NCBI GenBank assembly: GCA_000503915.1 | Contig: CP006915.1 | Span: 450,001 to 482,000, forward strand | Source: Candidatus Saccharimonadota bacterium | GTDB taxonomy: Bacteria; Patescibacteriota; Saccharimonadia; Saccharimonadales; Saccharimonadaceae | Length of the DNA stretch: 32,000 bases | Direction: 5' to 3' | Part shown: positions 15,086-22,670 of the stretch, piece by piece | Position numbering within the stretch: the first letter of the stretch is position 1 | Layout: the number at the start of each line of letters is the position of its first letter | The notes under the pieces: model-generated | What the model saw: only the letters and a program-made list of their open reading frames with translations | Told to the model about the DNA's origin: nothing | Database searches by the model: none | Translations under genes and position numbers: made by a program

Positions 15086-17029
15086 TTAGAGAAGAGAAAT
15101 AGGGTCTAGCTCAAATTGCCAGTGCTGTGGGGGAAGATATTGTAATACTTCCAGAAGTTGAGCACGCTTCGGTGCCTTGAGAATCAGTTGCCAGCGGTAG
15201 GTATCACCCTGACGTTCATAGAAAGCGGGCGCAGGGCCGAGGATTTCGACGTCTTTGGGCAGCTGCTCGCGCAAAGTAGCCGCTAGCTTTTGACTATTCG
15301 CGACAGCGGAACGTTCGGTTTTATACACACAGACAAGTTTGAGTAGGAAACGATAAGGCGGAAAATGAGTATGCTTTCGCTGTGCCAGGGTGCGCTCATA
15401 AAACGTTTGATAATCTTGTGACAGACCAGCTTGGATAATCGGATGAGTGGGCTGATAGCTTTGGACGATAACGTTTGTAGGGTGGGTACTTCGACCAACA
15501 CGACCGATAGCTTGAGCTAGTAGTTGGAACGTACGTTCAGCAGCGCTGTAATCGGGCAAACTGAGACCCGCGTCAGCCTGGATAATCGCAACGGTGCGCA
15601 GATGGGGTAGATCAAGCCCCTTGGCGATAACCTGGGTGCCGATAATGATATCAATATCTCCATCATAGAGCTCCTTGTAACGCTGCTCGACCGTATCAGC
15701 AGCCGCACTGTCGCCGTCAAAACGGGCGATGACTTTATCTGGATATAGCTTCTTGAGTTCACTTTCAATGAGCTTGGTGCCTATACCCTTGTGGATAATA
15801 TCGGTGTGATGACATTCAGGGCAGCTGGTAGGAACCTTAGCAGTGTAATTACAGATATGACAACGAAGCAAATGCTGGTCGGCATGGAGAGTGAGCGGCA
15901 AATAACAACGGGGACATCCGGCTTGCCAACCGCAGTTATTACAGAGACTGATGCTAGCGCTGCCGCGACGATTATGAAACGCCATCACTTGTTTCTGGCT
16001 CGCTAGGTCTTGCTCTATTTGCTTAAGGAGATCGTCAGAGAGAAAGCGGTGGCGACTAAAAAGCGGACGCTTGGTCATATCAACGATTCGGACCTCTGGT
16101 TTAACAGTGTTCACAATGGCCGGTTTAGTAAGTTCTATCAGGCTACCGGGTTTCTTCTCGGCGAGGTAATAATCCTGCATGGAAGGCGTAGCGCTGCCAA
16201 GCACCACATGGGCACCGGTTTGCTCGGCCAGGATATGAGCTGCGCGCAGTGCAGAGTAGCGTGGTGACTGCTCCTGCTTGTAGGTCGGTTCATGCGCTTC
16301 GTCGATCACGACAAGTCCAAGACTCGGAACGGGCATGAATAGTGCCGAGCGCGGGCCAACAACGACGAGAGGCTCTTTGCTATGTAGGGCAGCTTGCCAC
16401 TGCAAGTGACGTTCAGCCTCAGTTTGGCGGGAGTGTGTCACGATGACATGGGGAAAGTCATGAGAGAAGTCGGCGACCAGCTGAGAAGTAAGTGCAATTT
16501 CGGGCACTAGTATAACAACCGATCGCTTCTTTTCAATCGTTTGCCTCGCTACTTCGAGGTAGACGGCTGTTTTGCCCGACCCTGTCACCCCGTGAAGCAG
16601 TGTCGTACCTGTTGCACCTGCCGTGATCTTTTGTACGGCAGCCTGTTGCTGGTTATTGAGTAAAAAATTTGTTCGCTTACGCACTGGGGCAGATACTTCT
16701 ATAGTCCTAGCACGCCGTGATTTCTCGAGGCCGCGGGGGAGTAATGTCTGTAACACACTCGCCAATGGTGTTGCGTAATACGACGCCATCCAGAGGGCAA
16801 GATCGACATAAGCGGCTGGAATGGGACGAGACTCGATACATTCAGTAATCGGCTTAACCGGATAGGTAGGTCTCGTTGTTGTTTCGTGAATGATGAGACC
16901 ATTCATGAGTAGCTTACCGACATTGATTCGCACTAACTGTCCCCGATCAAGCGGTGTTTCGGAGCTGTAGGTAAACGCCGTTTTATCGGCGCGGACAATC
17001 CGGAGTGGGGCTACCTCGTAGTAATGCAT
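15086..17029 (-). CDS. priA: Primosomal protein N' (replication restart helicase PriA)
   Basis: Walker A GVTGSGKT, DEAH-like VIDEAH, and the Cys-rich zinc-binding insert CNNCGWQAGCPRC...CHIC...CPEC. Length 647 aa. Confidence 0.93.
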   Translation of the reverse strand: MHYYEVAPLRIVRADKTAFTYSSETPLDRGQLVRINVGKLLMNGLIIHETTTRPTYPVKPITECIESRPIPAAYVDLALWMASYYATPLASVLQTLLPRGLEKSRRARTIEVSAPVRKRTNFLLNNQQQAAVQKITAGATGTTLLHGVTGSGKTAVYLEVARQTIEKKRSVVILVPEIALTSQLVADFSHDFPHVIVTHSRQTEAERHLQWQAALHSKEPLVVVGPRSALFMPVPSLGLVVIDEAHEPTYKQEQSPRYSALRAAHILAEQTGAHVVLGSATPSMQDYYLAEKKPGSLIELTKPAIVNTVKPEVRIVDMTKRPLFSRHRFLSDDLLKQIEQDLASQKQVMAFHNRRGSASISLCNNCGWQAGCPRCYLPLTLHADQHLLRCHICNYTAKVPTSCPECHHTDIIHKGIGTKLIESELKKLYPDKVIARFDGDSAAADTVEQRYKELYDGDIDIIIGTQVIAKGLDLPHLRTVAIIQADAGLSLPDYSAAERTFQLLAQAIGRVGRSTHPTNVIVQSYQPTHPIIQAGLSQDYQTFYERTLAQRKHTHFPPYRFLLKLVCVYKTERSAVANSQKLAATLREQLPKDVEILGPAPAFYERQGDTYRWQLILKAPKRAQLLEVLQYLPPQHWQFELDPISLL

Positions 17030-17035
17030 GGACTT

Positions 17036-17041
17036 ATTATA
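17036..17041 (-). promoter_or_regulatory. TATAAT box 6 nt upstream of the priA ATG (leaderless-type)
   Basis: Minus strand reads gcgtTATAAT-aagtcc-ATG, with no SD. Confidence 0.5.
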
Positions 17042-17061
17042 ACGCGAAGCGCTCTTATAGC

Positions 17062-17070
17062 TGGTACACT
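17062..17070 (+). promoter_or_regulatory. Extended -10 box 6 nt upstream of the PRTase ATG (leaderless-type)
   Basis: cTGgTACACT-agatat-ATG (ATG at 17077), with no SD. Confidence 0.5.
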
Positions 17071-17076
17071 AGATAT

Positions 17077-17733
17077 ATGTATTTTGAGTCACGTACCCAG
17101 GCTGGTGCTCTTCTGGCCATGCAGATGGTAGAGAAATATCGCTTTGAAAACTGTGCAGTGGTCGCGTTGAGCGATGGTGGCGTCTTGGTGGGGGAGCAGA
17201 TTGCCAGCGCCCTACACTGTATCTTGACGATGCTACTCATCGAAAACATCGAAGTGCCGGGTGAGAGCATCGATTTCGGCGGTATGTCACAGGGCGGCGG
17301 CTTTACCTATAACGGCATGTTTAGCGCTGGTGAGCTCGAAGGATATATTAATGAGTTTCATGGATATTTGGACGAACAGAAGCGCGAAGCATTCCAAAAG
17401 ATAAACCGGCTTCTTGGCGACGGCGGGCTGATCGATAAAGACATGTTACAAGACCACGTGGTTATCTTAGTCTCCGACGGGGTGGATAGTGGCGCAGCGA
17501 TCGATGTCGCGATGGACTTCTTGAAACCGATCCGCACACAGCGAGTAGTCGTGGCGACACCTCTTGCTACCGTGCCAGCTGTTGATAAATTGCATCTGGT
17601 CGCCGACGAGCTGCATATTCTTGACGTCAAAGAAAATTTTATGGGCGTTGACCATTACTACGAGGATAATACGATCCCGTCGCACGAAGAAACGATTGCG
17701 AAGATCAACCAGATCGTTCTGAATTGGCGCTAA
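17077..17733 (+). CDS. Phosphoribosyltransferase-family protein (COG1926-like predicted PRTase)
   Basis: MYFESRTQAGALLA..VVALSDGGVLVGEQIA N-terminus and the PRPP-loop-like VVILVSDGVDSGAAI. The track start at 17005 would overlap priA, so ATG 17077 is preferred. Confidence 0.7.
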   Translation: MYFESRTQAGALLAMQMVEKYRFENCAVVALSDGGVLVGEQIASALHCILTMLLIENIEVPGESIDFGGMSQGGGFTYNGMFSAGELEGYINEFHGYLDEQKREAFQKINRLLGDGGLIDKDMLQDHVVILVSDGVDSGAAIDVAMDFLKPIRTQRVVVATPLATVPAVDKLHLVADELHILDVKENFMGVDHYYEDNTIPSHEETIAKINQIVLNWR

Positions 17734-17831
17734 CGCTTATAAAGCCAAACCTACAGTGCGCGAGCGATGAAATAAATTACCTGTCCAGCTGCTCTTTTCC
17801 CTAATTCGCTAATTTAATATAGAATTTGGGC

Positions 17832-17861
17832 TTGAGTAATGTTGTAAGATTGTGTTACGAT
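17832..17861 (+). promoter_or_regulatory. Promoter of the wHTH gene
   Basis: TTGAGT (17832-17837), 18 nt, TGtTACGAT (17853-17861). The downstream 5'UTR carries the SD gagggagag. Confidence 0.5.
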
Positions 17862-17901
17862 AGTAAATAACGACAAACAACGCTAAATCTGAGGGAGAGT
17901 A

Positions 17902-18213
17902 ATGTTAGACGTTTTTATTACTTCACGTGTCCGCCGAAAAATCGTGGTTGTGTATGCCAAATATCCTGACTTTCACACGCATGTGCGAGGTTTGGCGAAG
18001 CTGATCAAGGAAGATCCGGGTAATATACAGCGCGAGCTCAAACGTCTCGAGAAAGTTGGTTTTCTCACTAGTGAAAAACAGGGTAATACCAAGATTTACT
18101 CGACCAACAAGCAGTTCCCGATCTTTAAGGAACTCCAGAGTATTGTTATCAAGTCGCAGCAGCACCAGACGAGCCGCACGAAGCGCGCTTCTAATGATAT
18201 TCAGCCGGTTTAA
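17902..18213 (+). CDS. Small winged-helix (ArsR/MarR-like) transcriptional regulator
   Basis: 103 aa with an HTH-like VRGLAKLIKEDPGNIQRELKRLEKVGFLTSEKQGNTKIY (helix-turn-helix plus wing). Confidence 0.6.
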   Translation: MLDVFITSRVRRKIVVVYAKYPDFHTHVRGLAKLIKEDPGNIQRELKRLEKVGFLTSEKQGNTKIYSTNKQFPIFKELQSIVIKSQQHQTSRTKRASNDIQPV

Positions 18214-18237
18214 GGCTAGAACGGAACTCATACTGCT

Positions 18238-19875
18238 ATGAGTGCCGAAAATTTATTCGAACAAATTTTAATCGCTCGTGGCCTGAAGACCCGCAGCCAA
18301 CGCGATGCTTTTTTGAATCCAAGCTACGACGCCAAGCATGACCCGTTCTTGCTGCCAGATATGAAGCCAGCGGTCGAGCGCCTAGTAAAGGCTCACAAGA
18401 AACAGGAACGTATCGCAATATACGGTGACTACGATATCGATGGGCTGACCGCTACGACGCTATTACTAGACGCGTTGGGGCAGTTTGAGTTTCGGCATGT
18501 CAGTGCGTTTATACCAAATCGTTTTGTCGAAGGCTACGGACTGACGGTCGATGCAATCGAGCGGATTGCAGCCGATGGCGCCGAGCTTATTATCACGGTG
18601 GACTGCGGTAGTCTCAGTCATGAACCGATCGCGCGCGCCAAAGAACTAGGCGTCGATGTGATCGTGACCGACCACCACAATGTTGCCGAAGTGCAGCCAC
18701 CTGCCGAAGCGGTGATCAATCCCAAGCGCCCCAACCACAAGTATCCATTTATCGATCTAGCGGGCGTGGGAGTGGCATTCAAGCTCGTACAGGCATTGCA
18801 AACGAAGCTTGACGGCGTACCAGTTGGCCAGGAAAAGTGGCTGCTAGATCTGGTCGCGCTCGGGACAGTATGCGATGTCGTAACATTGGTAGACGAAAAC
18901 CGGGCAAACGTCTTTTGGGGATTAAAGGTGCTTGCAAAAACGCGTCGGCCGGGACTGAAAGCGCTGATGGCCGTTTCGCGAATCGAACCCGATAAATTGA
19001 CAACCCGTAGCCTGGGATTTATGCTCGGGCCACGCATGAATGCGGCTGGTCGGCTTGAAACAGCGCAGATCGCGCTCGATATGCTGACGACGGATGATCC
19101 GATGGTGGCGCTTGAAAAGGCGGAGCGGCTTGATGCACTAAATCTCGCACGACGCAGCGAACAGGATCAGATTTATAAAGAAGCGATTCAGCAGGCCGAA
19201 CAATTTACTGAGGACAATGTGTTGGTTGTCAGCGCACCAAACTGGAACCATGGTATCGTTGGTATCGTTGCCGCGAAACTACTGGAGAAATATAAGAAAC
19301 CAACGTTTGTATTGCAGGAAATAGGCGAGGAAAGTAAAGGCTCGGCGCGCAGCTATGGTGACTTTTCGGCGGCCGATGCGATTCGTGCAAGCGATGGTCT
19401 CATCACCAAGGGTGGCGGACATAAGCTAGCAGCTGGCGTAACGCTGCCGACCAAAAACATTGCTGCGTTTCGCCAGCGAGTGAATGAATTTTATAAAGCG
19501 CAAAAATTAGTCAACCAGACGACGTTGTTGCTTCCCAAATCGGAGGTAGTCGCCGAACTTCAACATGTGTCCGAAGTGCTAATCGAGTTTATAGCTCAGC
19601 TTGAGCCCTTCGGCAACGGTAACGAACAGCCGATACTGCGCTCTAGTGATCTGCGTGTCATCCATACTCGCCGTATGGGCAGTGATAGTCAGCACCTAAA
19701 GCTGGAAACTCAAGATTCCGCCGGGCGTAAGATGCAATTTTTAGCCTTCAATGCACCTGCCCACTTCTTTGTCGAGCCGGGCGAGTTGATTAATGTCTGG
19801 TACCAGCCGGATATCAACGAATGGCAGGGTCGGCGTAGTGTGGAGGGTCGATTACTTCATCTTGAAATGGCATAA
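18238..19875 (+). CDS. recJ: Single-stranded-DNA-specific exonuclease RecJ
   Basis: DHH-family motifs IYGDYDIDG, TVDCG, VTDHH and GGHKLAAG. Length 545 aa. Confidence 0.92.
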   Translation: MSAENLFEQILIARGLKTRSQRDAFLNPSYDAKHDPFLLPDMKPAVERLVKAHKKQERIAIYGDYDIDGLTATTLLLDALGQFEFRHVSAFIPNRFVEGYGLTVDAIERIAADGAELIITVDCGSLSHEPIARAKELGVDVIVTDHHNVAEVQPPAEAVINPKRPNHKYPFIDLAGVGVAFKLVQALQTKLDGVPVGQEKWLLDLVALGTVCDVVTLVDENRANVFWGLKVLAKTRRPGLKALMAVSRIEPDKLTTRSLGFMLGPRMNAAGRLETAQIALDMLTTDDPMVALEKAERLDALNLARRSEQDQIYKEAIQQAEQFTEDNVLVVSAPNWNHGIVGIVAAKLLEKYKKPTFVLQEIGEESKGSARSYGDFSAADAIRASDGLITKGGGHKLAAGVTLPTKNIAAFRQRVNEFYKAQKLVNQTTLLLPKSEVVAELQHVSEVLIEFIAQLEPFGNGNEQPILRSSDLRVIHTRRMGSDSQHLKLETQDSAGRKMQFLAFNAPAHFFVEPGELINVWYQPDINEWQGRRSVEGRLLHLEMA

Positions 19876-19883
19876 AGTGCTTA

Positions 19884-19892
19884 TGCTACAAT
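19884..19892 (+). promoter_or_regulatory. Extended -10 box 6 nt upstream of the second pilin ATG (leaderless-type)
   Basis: TGcTACAAT-aaccct-ATG (ATG at 19899), with no SD. A possible -35 TTGAAA lies at 19862-19867 (19-nt spacer). Confidence 0.55.
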
Positions 19893-19898
19893 AACCCT

Positions 19899-20396
19899 AT
19901 GAAACATGGCTTCACGATTGTTGAACTCCTCATCGCCATAGTGGTAATTGCCATACTCGCCGCGATCACAATTGTGTCGTATAACGGAATACAAAATCGT
20001 GCCAACGATACATCTATCCAGAGTGATCTGAAAAATCTGGGGACGAAAGTCCTTACCTATCAAGCCACCGAAGGAGCTGTTCCCGCAACGGGTCCGGAAT
20101 TTGCATCAATGGAAGGAAGAGTATCCCCGAATGCTTATGGTAGTCATTTCCAGCCAACGGCAGGCAATAATTATAATATGGCCTATTGCTACAATGCTAG
20201 CACTAAAGCAGCCTTTGTACTTGTTGCGGCAAGTAGATCGGGCAATGTATACGTTTTTCGGGATGGCGGAGTGAAATTAGGCATTGGACCCATGCAGACG
20301 GTAGCAACTACATGTGCAAACAACGGCATAAGCACTAACCTAGGATATATATGGCTTTACAATGCTAGCGTATGGCAGTATAACCTGGCATCGTAG
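19899..20396 (+). CDS. Type IV pilin-like protein, paralogue of 14559-15068
   Basis: MKHG|FTIVELLIAIVVIAILAAITIVSYNGIQNRANDTSIQSDL. It has a C-terminal Cys pair (AYC...TTC). FVLVAASRSGNVYVF parallels AYLAKSKSGNAFIV in the other pilin. Confidence 0.9.
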   Translation: MKHGFTIVELLIAIVVIAILAAITIVSYNGIQNRANDTSIQSDLKNLGTKVLTYQATEGAVPATGPEFASMEGRVSPNAYGSHFQPTAGNNYNMAYCYNASTKAAFVLVAASRSGNVYVFRDGGVKLGIGPMQTVATTCANNGISTNLGYIWLYNASVWQYNLAS

Positions 20397-20399
20397 TAG

Positions 20400-20428
20400 T
20401 TGAATAAAATATCTATCCCTGTTACAAT
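20400..20428 (+). promoter_or_regulatory. rpsU promoter leaving a very short leader
   Basis: TTGAAT (20400-20405), 17 nt, TGtTACAAT (20420-28). The ATG is 9 nt after the -10 box and there is no SD. Confidence 0.6.
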
Positions 20429-20437
20429 ACTAACAAT

Positions 20438-20653
20438 ATGATACAAGTAACCCGCAAAGACGAACGAGAAGCTAACGAAAACGTGATTCGCCGCTTTAAC
20501 CGCAAGGTATTGCAGAGCGGTGTGCTGTCAACTGCCAAGACGAGCATGCGTTTTTCTAAGCCAATGAGTAAAACCGAACGTCGTAGTAAAGCCATTATTC
20601 GAAAAGCTCGCAAAGCTGACAAAATGGCCAAGATGCGACTTGGCGTGAGGTAG
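20438..20653 (+). CDS. rpsU: 30S ribosomal protein S21
   Basis: 71-aa basic protein, MIQVTRKDEREANENVIRRFNRKV..., a typical S21. Confidence 0.9.
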   Translation: MIQVTRKDEREANENVIRRFNRKVLQSGVLSTAKTSMRFSKPMSKTERRSKAIIRKARKADKMAKMRLGVR

Positions 20654-20658
20654 CCTGG

Positions 20659-21114
20659 ATGCCGCTCAAAGAGCAGATTCAAGCCGAGCTAAAAGCCGCT
20701 TTACTGAGCGGCTCTCGTTTTGACGCCGATGTGCTACGGGGACTCAAGGCGGCAATTCTGAATGAAGAAGTTGCTAGCGGTAAGCGTGACGAAGGCCTCG
20801 GCGACGAAGAGATCGAAAAGGTAGTTGCTCGGGAAGTTAAAAAGCGTGCCGAGAGTATCAAGCTTTATGAAGAAAACAGCCGGCCTGAGTTGGCAGAGAA
20901 TGAACGCAACGAAATAGCGATCCTTGAAAGATATTTGCCGGCTCAAATGAGCGAGGCTGAGTTAGAGGCGCTTGTTGACGAGACAATCGCGTCTCTTAGC
21001 GAGGTTACTATGCAGCAAATGGGACAGGTTATCGGTGCAGTGAAGGCCAAGGCCGGGAACGCAGCCGACGGCGCGCTTATCGCGCAGCTCGTGAAAGCAA
21101 AATTAAGTAAATAA
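20659..21114 (+). CDS. GatB/YqeY-domain protein
   Basis: MPLKEQIQAELKAALLSG...LRGLKAAILNEEV...ERYLP pattern typical of YqeY. Length 151 aa, directly after rpsU. Confidence 0.8.
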   Translation: MPLKEQIQAELKAALLSGSRFDADVLRGLKAAILNEEVASGKRDEGLGDEEIEKVVAREVKKRAESIKLYEENSRPELAENERNEIAILERYLPAQMSEAELEALVDETIASLSEVTMQQMGQVIGAVKAKAGNAADGALIAQLVKAKLSK

Positions 21115-21125
21115 AAAGGGACGCT

Positions 21126-21677
21126 ATGATTCTACTGTTTGGTCCAACCGGTGCCGGAAAAAGCATGCAAGGTCAGATGCTGGCGGTACGCCAGGGTTGG
21201 AAGTGGCTGAGTACTGGCGAAATGCTGCGAGATAGCAGGGACCCGGCGATTATTCAGATTTTGAAATCTGGCGACCTCGTAAGTGACGCGGCGACCTTTG
21301 ATGTTTTTCATGAAGCTGTTGAAGATGCAAACGCAAAACATTTTCCAAATATTATCGTCGACGGATTTCCGCGTACCAAGGTACAAGCCGAATGGTTGGC
21401 GCGGTATCTCGATAAAACTGACCAACACATTGATCTGGTGGCTGTACTAGAGGTGCCGGAAACAGAGATCATGGCTCGGCTCGAAAAACGCGGTCGGATG
21501 GAAGATACACCCGAGACGATTGCCAAGCGTATGACAATTTACCGCCAGAAGATGTATCCGGTACTGGGAATTTTTGCCGAGCAAGGTATCAAGATCGTTC
21601 ACCTTGATGGTACCGGTACAGCTGGTGAGGTTCACGATCGTCTGTATGCTGAAGTAATGCATACGATTGAGGAATAA
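21126..21677 (+). CDS. adk: Adenylate kinase-family nucleoside monophosphate kinase (short, no zinc lid)
   Basis: P-loop GPTGAGKS, LSTGEMLRD, GFPRT and a short LID region. Length 183 aa, upstream of map as in many bacteria. Confidence 0.8.
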   Translation: MILLFGPTGAGKSMQGQMLAVRQGWKWLSTGEMLRDSRDPAIIQILKSGDLVSDAATFDVFHEAVEDANAKHFPNIIVDGFPRTKVQAEWLARYLDKTDQHIDLVAVLEVPETEIMARLEKRGRMEDTPETIAKRMTIYRQKMYPVLGIFAEQGIKIVHLDGTGTAGEVHDRLYAEVMHTIEE

Positions 21678-21683
21678 ATACAA

Positions 21684-22445
21684 ATGACGCAGCCACCAAA
21701 AACAGACGACCAAATCCAGGCTATGCGTGAGGGTGGACAGATTATTGCTACCATTTTTGATGGCATCAAGCAGCGGGTAGTGCCGGGAATGACCGGGCTT
21801 GAGGTAGATGCTTGGGTAGCGATGGAGATTAAGCGACTTGGTGCTGAGGCGACGTATAAAACATCTGAAGTGAACTTTCCAGGCGCAATATGTATTAGTG
21901 TTAATGATGCGATCGTTCATGGCGTACCGACGGAACTGCCGTTTGAGAAGGGTGATGTGGTTGGATTTGATCTCGTCGTTACCTATAAAGGCATGAAGAC
22001 CGACAGTGCCTTTACGATGGTGGTGGGTGAAGCGCCGAATGGCGCCGTCAAGCATCTATTAAGTGTTACCGAGCGAAGCCTCTATGCTGGTATCGACGCC
22101 ATTAAGGGTCGTGGTACGCGGATTGGTGATATTGGCTCTGCTGTAGAAAAGGTGCTGGCCAGCGGTAAGCTTGGTATTGTGCGAGATTTAGTCGGGCATG
22201 GGGTTGGTACGGAAATGCACATGCCTCCCGAAGTACCGAACTACGGTCGCTCCGGCAGCGGTCTAGTGCTTGAGCCTGGTGATACGATCGCAATTGAGCC
22301 GATGGCGACATTGGGCGGTGAGACGATCCGGACTGACAGCGATGACGGCTGGACGATCTTGACACGTGACGGCAGCTTGGCAGCTCATTTTGAGCATACG
22401 GTGCTCATCACCGAGACCGGTGCTGAGATTTTGACACAACAGTAG
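21684..22445 (+). CDS. map: Type I methionine aminopeptidase
   Basis: Metal-ligand context FDLVV..., GHGVGTEMH, IAIEPM and FEHTV. Length 253 aa. Confidence 0.92.
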   Translation: MTQPPKTDDQIQAMREGGQIIATIFDGIKQRVVPGMTGLEVDAWVAMEIKRLGAEATYKTSEVNFPGAICISVNDAIVHGVPTELPFEKGDVVGFDLVVTYKGMKTDSAFTMVVGEAPNGAVKHLLSVTERSLYAGIDAIKGRGTRIGDIGSAVEKVLASGKLGIVRDLVGHGVGTEMHMPPEVPNYGRSGSGLVLEPGDTIAIEPMATLGGETIRTDSDDGWTILTRDGSLAAHFEHTVLITETGAEILTQQ

Positions 22446-22510
22446 AAAACTTGAGTACGTCGGCTTGTTTTGTGCTCATCTCCTTGTGCCATATCTTACT
22501 AAATAAGATG

Positions 22511-22670
22511 TAGCATTGCCTCGTTCGGAAAAATCTACGGGTAGCTTTTTCCCTCACATCGTTATGCTATATGAAGCTTCCGCACAGATATAACACGGCC
22601 TCACTCGGAAAATTGTGCAAGCACATTTTCACTCGTTTCGTTGTGTTATAATGAAGCTTATGCAAGAAAA
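22511..22670 (+). repeat. Imperfect tandem duplication (2 x 80 bp) of the ftsA promoter region
   Basis: Unit 1 (22511-22590) and unit 2 (22591-22670) share gcctc..tcggaaaa, tttt, cgtt.tg.tat(a)atgaagctt at the same phase. Identity is roughly 60-70% by eye, with one 1-nt indel. Confidence 0.6.
22644..22652 (+). promoter_or_regulatory. Extended -10 box 7 nt upstream of the ftsA ATG (leaderless-type)
   Basis: TGtTATAAT-gaagctt-ATG (ATG at 22660), with no SD. Confidence 0.55.

Noticed and set aside
17005-17076. Longer PRTase-like ORF starting at 17005
   Set aside because: It would overlap the priA start codon region head-on. The conserved PRTase N-terminus begins at the M encoded at 17077, which has a -10 box 6 nt upstream.
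22571-22659. ftsA starts at 22615 or 22651, and a 26-codon uORF (22571-22651)
   Set aside because: The in-frame upstream starts overlap the TGtTATAAT box and add a non-conserved N-terminal extension. The uORF has no SD or conservation evidence, so it is mentioned only in the duplication finding.
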